64,000 bases of DNA from Lingula anatina (taxonomy: Eukaryota; Animalia; Brachiopoda), in the NCBI GenBank assembly GCA_051362555.1, contig CM120646.1, positions 13,206,001 through 13,270,000 on the forward strand, written 5' to 3'. The translations under genes were made by a program, and so were the position numbers. This document shows, piece after piece, positions 39,501 through 64,000 of the stretch; the stretch's first letter is position 1; every line of letters starts with the position of its first letter. Below the pieces are notes generated by a model. It saw only the letters and a list, made by a program, of their open reading frames with translations. It made no database searches and was not told the DNA's origin.

Positions 39501-39764
39501 GATAAACATGCCTCCTTGATCCCAGTCTACCGATATAATCCCCAGCTTCTCTGTATTCTACTCAACACCAGGAGGCGGCATGTTAATTTGTTAAACTGAT
39601 TGTATTCATCAAGAGTCCCCACAGGGTTGGAGTGATCTACTTGGACAGTTTCAATGGGAATGAGCCCTAACATAATCAGAAGACTTGTATTTAACAAATT
39701 CTGTAAGGGTTGTTTCCTCTGAAAGGCTTTTATATTTGCTTCAGGTTTCTGGCCATATCCTCTT

Positions 39765-39803
<39 letters not shown>

Positions 39804-42800
39804 TGCACTTAGTTGAAGACTTATTCTTTTCTTTTAAACTTTGCAATTAGACCTCCTTCCTGAATGGGTGAGCCTTAGTTAAAAAAAAAAATAAATAAAA
39901 TAAACTCTGAAGCAGATTTTATTGCAGATCTTGACCAATGTCGGGAACCATCAGAATTGAATTAAAAATTGCAGAATCTCGTGTTTCTGCAGAAAAAGCT
40001 CATGTCTGCTTACTGGTGACACTGGCTCCTCCTCAGAAGAAAAGTAATCTGTTTGCAGGATGTCCACCTCGTTGTAATGAGGGAGCTGGACCGCTTCCTG
40101 CTGCTGTCTCTGCTGGTTCTGCTGCTGCTTGTGCTTTCTCTTCTTGTATTCACGCTTTTTTCGTACAAAACCAACTTCTTCCTGTTTTCATGAAGGATAA
40201 AATCATCTATCAAATGATATGTATATACAAATTTTATTTTTATAGCTGCAATGAGGTTGAATAATAAATAGTTATTTACAAATGTTAATTGTGAAATAGG
40301 ATTTTGCATTGTAAAAATAAATGTTATTTGGAAAATAATTGCCACAAATGGACAGCCATTTAAATTTATACAAGGGTCAGCATTGAGGTCATTGATGCCT
40401 TTTTCATGGAAACTTATCTCAACTCTCAAATCCAAATTTTTTGTCACAGTGGTTTGAATGCCCCACCCCCAGAATCCATAGCAGCCACGCAGAGCAGTTT
40501 CTCAAATTTAAATTTCATTTACCTTCCAGTTATTGTATTGGGTCTGTATTGGCAAAAATGAGGGAAATTTGAGCCTCTCAGCATTGGCCTCTGCTAGTAG
40601 TTTGCCATCAAAGTCTGTGGCTTGGTATCTCTTCTCCACAATCTCTATTGTGAGCTTGAGGAGTTCTTTCTTGGCTTTCTCTCTTCGTTTGATCATTTCT
40701 AGTATTGTCCTACAAAGACATTTTATGAATTAATATTTATATTTTGTATAGGTTCTCAGTTGGCTAGCCACCAAGAACATGACAATCTCTTTCAGATGAG
40801 ATTGAAACCAAAATCTTATAAATGTTTCAAGGCAATTTAAAGATAAATGAAAGCCATTTGCCCAAACCCAAATTTAGTTGCAATGGATACAGCCTGCAAA
40901 CGCAACATCTTTAATATTCCATGAGTGATAATCTTCACAAAGTTATCTTAAAACCTTTGAAATTTTCTCATACAATGGACCGAATTTAGAAGACTTACAC
41001 AGCTTTACTGATGTCCCGTCGTAGTTTGAGCATTTTCTCATAAGATACTTCATCATTTTTACGATTCTGTAAACAAAGTACATTAGTGCAGGTAAGACAT
41101 CATTTCTTGCAAGAAGCAGTTCTGTTCAATTCATGTATACAAAATTCCATAATCACACATATATATGAAATTCACAGAGATTTTGCTGAAGTAAAATACA
41201 TTTTATATCACACATGAAAAAAATATAATACACATATTTAGCAGAGTTACTTAAACATGCATGACATGACATGACATATATAGAAGAGTACCACAAACCT
41301 TCCTTGTCTGCATCTTTTCTGTCCGCCGCCTGAAGGCCACATAGGGATTGTTAGTTGTAGAGCCATCACGTTTTTCTGTCTTCACTTGTGGAATGAGAGC
41401 ATGTGCCTGAAAAATATAGAAGCATGCATAACCATAAATAGATATATGACTGAACTGCTATTGGAATGTCGGCAGAAAAAAAAGATGCACAAAAAATATG
41501 ACCCAGTTCAAACATATAGTAGGGAGAATTTAATTTCAAGCACCAGCATCTTTCATTTTTTTTTTTTTTTTTTTTTTTGTAATGGGGGTCTTTGAGATCT
41601 GCCAAACAGAGTGATATGAGGTTATCAATTGGTTTAACTGTGGATTCAAATGAATGCATTTTTTAAAAGAAAACAAGTACTCACAGTTTTTAACCTTTTG
41701 TTGAGCCAGTAGTCATACACAGCAATAATGAGATCATCATCTTCTTTTAGGAGAAGTTTGGCCTCCTGGAGAGTGACAACCTGGAAAAAGGATTTATAAT
41801 TCTTCATGAAGCTGCCAAAATGATCTCATTCTTAATCTTTTTTTCCCCCTGTTCTCTTTCCCAGAGTGACTGTGCTGTGAAAAACACAGCGAAGAGCAAA
41901 CTTTATAACTCAAAACTAAATAATTCTAATTTAATAGCTAAATATCTGATCAAATGTTAGGAAATGAATTGGTTAAGATCGACTGTCTTTCCTTTGCATG
42001 CTCATTAACTTTAATGCTCCTGTGGCTTTCAAATTCTATTTCTTTCATCAGAAAATAGTTGACAACATTAATATACATATTGCAGATATTAATGTCCCTT
42101 TAATATCTAATATAATATTTAATATCTATTGAAGGGACAATAACATCTTTGTGCACTATCAAGCATAATAACTTTTTTTCTTCTTTTCAGAAGGCCTAAC
42201 CTTTATAGGCAGCAAACCACAATTATCATCCAAGCGACATAATAATGCATTTTTCATGTGAAACAGTTACATAAGAAGGTTATTTGCTACACATAACTCC
42301 AATTTCAATCTCCATTAGTACACTGAGATTCAAACAAGCAATAGCGTTGATTCTACAGAAAAAGACTGCCTCTGACTGGCAGTGATGCATATTTATATCC
42401 TCTTAATGCCCAATACAAAACTAGGATTTACTTAAATTAATGGCAACTGCTAACCTGAACGTAACATACACACAAGGTTCAGGCTATTTTCAACTTCATC
42501 ATTACTGCACAGATGGAAAGTGAGGAAAAATATTGATTAATATGGCAAGCAGTTCTTTAATATAATTCCATGCAAAAGGGTACAGTGTGTAATCTGTTAC
42601 CTGTTGTCCACTCCCTTTCTCTAGCCTGTCCATCATTTCCTCAAACTGGAGAGGATTGATTTCCATCTTTTTGGCCTGCTTGTTCAACCACTGTTCGTCA
42701 TCAGAGTCCATATCGTAGTCCGGTATCTCCTGATCCAATCCAAAAGCTGGAATACACAGAGCAAATGCTAAATATGACTGAACATTTTTTATAATATGCC

Positions 42801-43423
42801 TTCCCTATCGGACTAAAATATAGACCATAGGTAAGCTGACTGGGGGCCCAGTCTGGATACACCAAACTCAAGAATAAAGCAGATCTTCATTTCAGTTTGT
42901 ATATCTTCAACTCAGGATAAATATGAAGCAGAACAGTAAAGCAAAACAACTATTGGCATTAAATGCCAACCAATTATTTTGTTTTTATAAAGGTGAGGAC
43001 ATCATATTTAACCCCTAATATGTCAATCAATACTATTGTATTCTGCAGTACAAATTTGAATTTTCAACATCAACAATTTGTCTATAATAATAACTAATAA
43101 CATTTACAACCCAAACAAACAGGTTGACTCAGGCAGCATCTAATACCAGGATCAACAATAAATTACTCCAAGGCAAATTGCAGTTAATCAAATGGCATTT
43201 TATGTCTATGCCATGCTATTCCTAAAATCAACTTGCCCACAGGCAACATTTTGCCAACAGTTAAACTACCAGACGATGGAAAACAGGTGCCCTCATATAG
43301 CCAACTTTTATAAACTGAACTAAAAGGTATTTTGTTAATCCTATGCTGGATGTTCCCTCATCTCAGACAGCATAGTTCCCTGCCTTGAAAAGATAAATAC
43401 ACAGACATGAGCCCAGGTTAAAA

Positions 43424-43470
<47 letters not shown>

Positions 43471-45081
43471 AAATAAAAAATCTGGACATTTATTGTTGAA
43501 CCAAATACCTTACATTACTTTTTTTGGGTTTAATTGCCCTGGGGTCATGTAAAAAAAGCAGAATCCGCAGAAAAAGCTCATGTGTGAATACAAATACTCA
43601 TAGTCCCAACAGAAATATGTGGTTGCACTATATATGAACAGCTCATCAAATTCAAATACATTTGTATTCTACGGCTCTCCTTGGCTAGGTCCCACGCCAT
43701 AAATGCACAACCTTCATCTTATGTTGTTGTTTTTTTCTGGTGGAGAAAACTGGCATTAATCAAAAGTCAAAACTTACGCTGTATGTGAATATATTGTTTT
43801 GGCATTTTGCAGTCAGGTGCATACATCTCGTTATATTCCCTCGTAACCTCGTCTATGTCTGGCACAGGTATGACAAGCCTCTCTGAGGTCCCATAGACCT
43901 GTTGTGCTGACAGGGCTCTTTGGAGATGATGTTCCTATTAATGTATGTGAAAATGCTTTTTAAAAAAAATCAGTTTTGATAAACCTCAGAAATAAATGTA
44001 ATTTGAAGAAATTGTTGTTTGCTTACATAAAAAACTTTTTGATACTTATTTTGTATTGTATCACATTTGTATTTCTTTTTTCATAATCTGTTTTTACACA
44101 TCTGAAATTTTTAATAATTTAAAGCATAAACACCAGTTATGGATAATGGTTGCTTAATTCAAATCTTTGGTTAAGGTATTTTACTCTACGTAACAGGAGG
44201 GAAAGGAGGTTACTCTCTGTATGTCTTCACATTGTTACTCCCCCTTATCGTCCCCCCCCCTAAATTTTGGTTAGCTATATTAGAGCAAGGTTTTAAAATT
44301 GGGAATTATGGGGAGAGGGGACGTAAAATGTTGTAGCCACTGCGAAGACTGACCTATGTCTCGCTTAACCCAGATTCCAGGTATTTCTTTTTGAAAATTA
44401 ATTCAAATATTAATCACGTGAATGAGAACAATGGTCAAAGCAGTTTACTCGGAAAATGGAGGGAAAGTAGGAGGACATGATGATAAAAAGTATCAAAATA
44501 AAAAATAATAATAATTCAAGATTGGTCGTGAGACAAAGTAGACAATTTCTGTAACTTAATGTACGTAACGTTTTGGAAAAACGAACTAGCTTGTGTAAGA
44601 TAGACCATGTTAGAGGGGGAATTTATTACTTCATGTGATACACGTGGTTTTACTGGGGCAACTTCCGGGAATTTCCCACCAAAATGGTGGACACAAACAC
44701 AAAGTCACGTGACATGCTTGATTTTGTAATACGGAATATTTCCTTATCAGCCACAATCTTATTATTTTCTGGCGACACATCTCAAAGATTTGTATCATTT
44801 TTTCAACTTAAAGGCCTATAAACTCTGATGAGGGAGTGAGTCATAGCGAATTGAGATATGCATTTACCGCCATTCAAGATGGCGGGTCATATGAGAGCCC
44901 CGGATTCGAATGTGAACAATGAACTTACCGTTTCCTCCTCCTTTTCCATTCCCGTGGGCATTTGAGGCACTGCACGGTTAATGGCTGCAAAATCTGGAAG
45001 GTCCGGTATCTCCTCGGCCTTATAGACCGGCATTGGCTTGGAGGCGTCCAGCGCCCGAGCCCGGAAAGATAGCTTGCTCAT
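36509..45081 (-). CDS. EPC1: Enhancer of polycomb homolog (EPC1/EPC2, NuA4/TIP60 subunit), ~698 aa, 14 exons
   Basis: Starts MSKLSFRARALDASKPMPV...MPTGMEKEEETEHHLQRA, contains PDYDMDSDDE, NPYVAFRRRTEKMQTRKNRKNDE and GYVRRRIGRGGRVLLDRA, and ends PMEVT like vertebrate EPC. Exons 45081-44929, 43934-43778, 42746-42601, 41780-41685, 41406-41299, 41066-40999, 40709-40523, 40181-40014, 39420-39334, 38974-38826, 38489-38367, 37932-37583, 37124-36896, 36584-36509 (2097 nt). Confidence 0.95.
43402..43586. mobile_element. Short hAT-like MITE with a 6-bp TSD
   Basis: TIR CAGACATGAGC / GCTCATGTGTG (10/11 match), with AATACA on both flanks. A related right-end fragment (GCAGAAAAAGCTCATGTCTG) occurs at about 39989-40008. 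Confidence 0.55.
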
Positions 45082-45830
45082 TTTGACCCCAGAAATATGC
45101 AAATGAGCTCCCCTTCTACTTGGTTCACTTAATAACCACTTTTCCCACAGCCTACATACAAAATTTCCACCGATCGCTATAAAATAAATGTCCTAGTATC
45201 ATAATGCCTAGTAAATGTTTTCTCAGGTTCGCTTGGTACACCGTAGATCGCAATCAAAATTCCACATAGTCTTACGAATTTTGCCTAGCCATCATGGCGG
45301 ACGACCAAGCCCATGATCGAGTATCCCAGAATTCAGCGCGCGGGTACCTGCTTGCGCATGCGCTTTCATTCATCTTTGACACAACTATGAATGGAGTTCA
45401 CTTTGGGACATAGATCACTGGAATAAAACCGCATTAAAGTATGTTCCAGTTTTATACAAGTGCTAAACGTGTAAATAAATATATTGGCAGGTAAATAAGT
45501 TAAATTCGGGGAAGGACAGTTCAAGGTTTTGGAGTACACACTGTAAATTCGGAACAAATAATGCACTATTCACAATTATGTTACTGTTAATATGAAAAGG
45601 GATACCTATATTATTAAACAGGTAACTTACAAACTAGTTAAAAGACGCCAGTCTTTTTATCACTTATTTATCAAATGACACATATGCACATATGTTAACT
45701 TTTATTACCCCACAATATATTTCTTATTGCCTCTCTTATTATATTCTTATGTTTACATTTGTCATTTGTCAAAATCAGTTTATTTGGGAAGAGAGAAATT
45801 ATTAAAGAACAATTTTTATTTTTTTCTCAG
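45082..45830. promoter_or_regulatory. Bidirectional promoter region EPC/RBBP9
   Basis: The divergent ATGs are 765 bp apart. An NRF1-type TGCGCATGCGC lies at 45353-45363 and a YY1-like CATGGCGG at about 45293. EPC intron 1 has further CACGTG and AAGATGGCGG motifs (44416, 44641, 44704, 44876). Confidence 0.6.
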
Positions 45831-45845
45831 CCTAAAATATCTAGA

Positions 45846-46400
45846 ATGCCACCAAGAGTTGTGATAATCCCAGGGAATGGGGCAGGAGATGTGTACCATT
45901 CAAACTGGTATGGCTGGTTGCACAACAAGCTTACCAAAGAAAACATTCCCTGTGCGTTAGAAAACATGCCAGACCCTGTCACTGCAAGGGAAAGTGTGTG
46001 GATCCCATTCATGAAGGAGACATTGAAGTGTGATGAGAGCACAATTATTGTAGGCCATAGTTCAGGCGCTCAGGCAGCAATGCGTTATGCAGAGAAATAC
46101 AAAGTACTGGGTATCATTGTAGTGTCAGGTTGTGTCACTGATCTAGGAGATGAGAATGAGAGAGCTAGTGGGTATTACAACAGACCATGGGAATGGGAGA
46201 AAATAAGGGCCAATGCCACATTTGTTCTGCAGTTTGGTTCTACAGACGATCCCTTTATACCATGGGAAGAACAGCAACAGGTCCATCAAGGACTGCAGTC
46301 AAAACTGCATAAATATGAAGATAAAGGACATTGCATGAATTCCACGTTTCCTGATTTATTGAATGCAGTGAAACATTTGGTATTTTTAAGTTCTGACTGA
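45846..46400 (+). CDS. RBBP9: Serine hydrolase RBBP9 (184 aa), single coding exon
   Basis: Sequence MPPRVVIIPGNGAGDV..NWYGW, MPDPVTARESVWIPFM, an LKCDE (LxCxE) motif, the GHSSG nucleophile elbow, GSTDDPFIPW and GH. A splice acceptor at 45829-30 precedes the ATG. Confidence 0.95.
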   Translation: MPPRVVIIPGNGAGDVYHSNWYGWLHNKLTKENIPCALENMPDPVTARESVWIPFMKETLKCDESTIIVGHSSGAQAAMRYAEKYKVLGIIVVSGCVTDLGDENERASGYYNRPWEWEKIRANATFVLQFGSTDDPFIPWEEQQQVHQGLQSKLHKYEDKGHCMNSTFPDLLNAVKHLVFLSSD

Positions 46401-46939
46401 AAGTTAATATTGATGATAGCTAGTCAGATGAAAAATCATGCATATAATCTTAATAATTTAATCAACTTGGGTGTATGCATACAAATCTTTGTCATTGACG
46501 TTATTGGTTGAACCAAATAAATTATAAGCATTTGGCACAGTATATGTGATAGTCCAGGGGGCTAGGTGCATGAAATAAAAATAAAGTGAGGTATTAACTC
46601 TACAGTTCCTTGATCATTATATTTCTATCTTACCTTTTAATGTGCTTTTTGAGGCATTTGACAATAAAGACAATAAACATGATTTGTCTGAGTATTTTTG
46701 AAAAAAGTCATAATCGCACACTTCAGATGTTCAAATAAATATAAGTGAAAACATGAAGAACCAAGGTCTTCTGTAAAAGAAAAACCAAAACAAACACTGT
46801 TGCTGAATAAACTGAGCAAGCCAACAGCAGTTTTTAGTATGGATCTGGACCTTGCCACAAAGTGAAAGTTATGAGCTTTCACTTAAGCCCCAATATTTCA
46901 CTCAGAGTTAAGCATACAAGACAGATCTTCTTGATACTA

Positions 46940-48790
46940 CTATCTCTGTTTTGTCTCTTGTTCTGTATCATCACCCTTGTCAGGGGCTTGCATTTCATCA
47001 ACTTTTTTTTCTAATTCTTTGATGTCTTCTTCATTGTCTGCCTGCCCAGTGGCTTCAAGGCCCAGATAATAGAGCTGATTTAGTTGATCTTCTCTAAAAG
47101 TATGTAATATATCCTCTGATAACTGTTTTCCTATCTGTGCATTCTTTTTAATTCCTTTAGGTCCCAACTGCTTGGAAAGTTCATATGCATATTTCTGAAA
47201 CAGACGGAGAGAGAGACGGGTAGAGAAGGCCCTGACACAGAATATTAAGTGATTACATCTAAAAAAAACTTTCCCTTCCAGACCATAGTCTACTTCAACA
47301 TCCCATCATATAAAAAAAGAATGTTTGGTTATTTAACAGTTACTTTCAATTTGGTAAGCTAAGCCTCCAAATACCATTTCATTAACCATTCCTCCTCAAA
47401 TCATTTAAAACATATATAAAATCATTTAAGTAATTTAAAAATATTATCAATAACTTAGTAGTACTTAATTTACAATATATAAAAGATATATACAAAAACA
47501 GATTAATAAATAAAATAATGAAAATAAAATGACTTAAAACCTTTAAATTTGATGTATGGTTTTCCTTTTTTTTCTTGCATCAATGACCCATAGAAAATAA
47601 GTTTATCTACAGATGTAAAACACACACTCACTACCAGCATAGGTAAGCATAAACTGTTCTTTTAAGTTTGCCTTTAACAGTTTTAAAACTAATCAAGAAA
47701 GCAGAACTTGATTACAATCCCCTTCAGTTATCCCTCTGTAGTTTTGTCCTTGCAACAAGCAGAGAGATTACTGGTACTTGTTTGCACATTCAACTTGTTA
47801 CTTAACAGATCACTTGACCTTGTGTTCTTCAGTCTCAAGTAAATTGAGGCAGATTCTTAATTTACTCATGTAAACAGGGGCGGATTGAGGCCGTCTTCTG
47901 GGTCTTCCGGAAGACGGTCAGTTTTTCAAGTTTACATAGACGGGTATCTAACTTTTTCTGTCGGAAGACGGTCAAAAATGAGGATGGATCAACAAACATA
48001 ATTTGGAAGACTCTCAGAAAATATCTCTGGATCCGCCCCTGGTAAAGACTTACTAGTTATTATAAATAACTTAAATGATAATAGATAATTCATGTAAAAC
48101 CACTGGTGGGTCCACTAGTCCAACTGCAGAATATTACAGCAACTTTGAAATAATCTGACATTCTCAGAAGTCTGACATTGCTTAAGGTTTGTGCCTATGG
48201 GCTCATTCCGGTCCCATTGAACCTGTTGGTCTACATAGATTGATCCAACACCGCAGGGACTCTCGCAGAATGCAATCAGATTAGCAGATTAACACTCTTC
48301 TTGATACCAATATATTTGTGTAACCACCAGCTTTTATTGTCTTCTACTCAATGCCAAGATGAGGCATGTTCAACTGATTGCATTTAGTGAGGGTCCCCAC
48401 CGAGTTGGATTGCTCTACACATACAAACAATTTCAATAAGAATAAGCCCCTTTAGTAATGACATGGGCTGCAAACAAAGTGTCTGCAGCTTTCCTGGATT
48501 TAGGTCAAAGACATCTTGATACAGGTCATTTTGTTTTCTGTGCTATTTCTTCCTAAATAAAATACAATATCTATAAAGCTTAGGTTTAAATTACAGGTAT
48601 ATTGCTCAAAACTTACTGTCCATTCATCCAAGAACTTTGCTGCCACCTCTGGTTCTGCTGTTTTGTGTCTCTTGAATTCTTCTTTTACATATGAATCTCC
48701 CAGATATCTCATTTCATCAGGAAGACCTTTGTGAAGCCTAAGAATTGTCTTATAGAGCAGGCGCACTCTAGATAAATGATTGGAAGGCAT
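46940..48790 (-). CDS. SDHAF3: Succinate dehydrogenase assembly factor 3 (ACN9, LYR family), ~142 aa
   Basis: Exon 48790-48617 reads MPSNHLSRVRLLYKTILRLHKGLPDEMRYLGDSYVKEEFKRHK...FLDEWT. Exon 47194-46940 reads KYAYELSKQL...FREDQLNQLYYL. A probable non-coding first exon ends at 49509 (donor GTAAGT). Confidence 0.93.
47875..48041. mobile_element. Short hAT-like MITE (167 bp) with a 5-bp TSD
   Basis: Perfect 11-bp TIR CAGGGGCGGAT / ATCCGCCCCTG, with GTAAA on both flanks (47870-74, 48042-46) and internal repeats of GGAAGACGGTCA. Confidence 0.75.
48190..48450. repeat. Old diverged fold-back element in the SDHAF3 intron
   Basis: TAGATTGATCCAACACCGCAGGGACTCTCGCAGAATGCAATCAG (~48237-48280) resembles the reverse complement of ~48374-48417 (TAGAGCAATCCAACTCGGTGGGGACCCTCACTAAATGCAATCAG). 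The boundaries are approximate. Confidence 0.5.
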
Positions 48791-49363
48791 CCTGTTTGTG
48801 TCTATAAATTATATGATTTTTTTTCAAAAGAACAAAGTAATACTCCAACAATTTCCTTCTAAATTCTTCTCCTAATTTCCAAAGTTGTGTCTCATATGCA
48901 GGCTGTATTATTGCATATTCATAACCAAAATCCCACAGAATCTGAAATATGAAGCAAAAGTCCAATAACACAACTATTACAATTCTTATCAAAGTGACAT
49001 AAGGCCATAGTTTTATAATTATCAATATGATATAACACTATCCTTTTAATATTAAAACATATATAAGAAGAGTTGCACTAAGATCCACTGAGATGAGCTC
49101 AAGGATGGTCCATCATACCAGATTTCTGCCTTCTGACTGCAGTTTGCATGACACATTTTAAAATTCCAACTCTTTTTGACTCAATTTAGGTCTTCCTCAC
49201 TGCAAACTACAAATCTGTGAGGCCCTATACCACCCAGAATATTAAACAGAGTGAAGTCTTTTCCTTACTAGTAAGACTAAAAACACAAGTTGCATAGTGC
49301 AACATCAATTTGACTTGGATTTGCTCGTTCAGCTTTGCTCTTTAAGCATGTTAAAATTGCAAA

Positions 49364-49394
<31 letters not shown>

Positions 49395-49508
49395 GCATAA
49401 AAATGTATCATGCAATTTATCGGGTTTACCTAATAATCGAAATCTGGTTACACATAGCCGTATACTTACAAAACCAACTACTTATGTCATGCTCGTACAC
49501 ATACTTAC

Positions 49509-49718
49509 AACCGGAAATGACACAGAACAGAGCTTCCGGAAACATAAATTACCCAGCATCCATTGGGACAACTGGCCGTCTCAGAGAGAGGGGACCGGCC
49601 AGATATGTAGATAGTTTTTCTCGAATATTGGTCATTTGGCAAGGTTGATGCATTTATATCTACCACTTTAAGGAAAGGAGGGCATATTTTGCATCTTAAA
49701 ACGCTACAATTTGGCAAA
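49509..49718. promoter_or_regulatory. Bidirectional promoter SDHAF3 / dynein intermediate chain
   Basis: About 200 bp separate the SDHAF3 5'UTR donor from the dynein ATG. ETS-type CCGGAA motifs lie at 49511 and 49536, and a YY1-type AAAATGGCGG spans the dynein start codon. Confidence 0.6.
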
Positions 49719-63707
<13,989 letters not shown>

Positions 63708-64000
63708 GTAAAGAATAATGAGAGAGAAGTTTGCTCAGGTGGCATTGTGCTGTATGAAAAAGAATGAGACTAGAAGGAGAAAAATATTTAATTGAAAGCA
63801 GGGTTTATGGTGAAGTATTTTATTTAAAAAAAAAAAAAGGAACTGAAATGAGAAGCACCATTTTTAAGTACTATGTGCATATAAGTTTATTTTAGGTCAA
63901 ATTTTCTAACTTAAGGTATTTCATTGTGTTGTTGAATGACAGTGGATCCTCTTGCAACTGGTAATTATTAACTAACAAATGGTAAATTTTAGTCTGTGAT

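Noticed and set aside
44825-44855. CTGATGAG...CGAA resembling a third hammerhead core
   Set aside because: There is no GAAA (it reads CGAATT) and no stem II or stem I pairing.

Overview
AT-rich, intron-rich animal genomic DNA, probably from a lophotrochozoan invertebrate such as a mollusc (inferred from the FAMeT-domain gene and the repeat types; not provable from the window). I traced seven protein-coding genes by hand, each with GT-AG boundaries and consistent exon phases. They are: a 3-exon secreted FAMeT-like plus PAN/apple protein (+), ISYNA1 (+), TIMELESS of the timeout/Tim2 type (-, 33 coding exons), Enhancer of polycomb EPC (-), RBBP9 (+, intronless CDS), SDHAF3 (-), and a cytoplasmic dynein intermediate chain (+) that runs off the window. 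EPC/RBBP9 and SDHAF3/dynein IC are head-to-head pairs. The non-coding DNA holds a Harbinger-type non-autonomous transposon, several CAG-ended MITEs with 5-6 bp TSDs, long fold-back palindromes and microsatellites. The most striking signals are two minimal type I hammerhead-ribozyme motifs of the Penelope-like-element kind. One lies in sense orientation about 45 nt inside intron 1 of the FAMeT-PAN gene, and the other is embedded in an inverted-repeat structure in a TIMELESS intron. Also notable is a set of frame-preserving cassette exons rich in S-P-R motifs in the dynein IC variable region, none of which appear in the ORF track. All coordinates were read manually, and no expression data or database searches were available.
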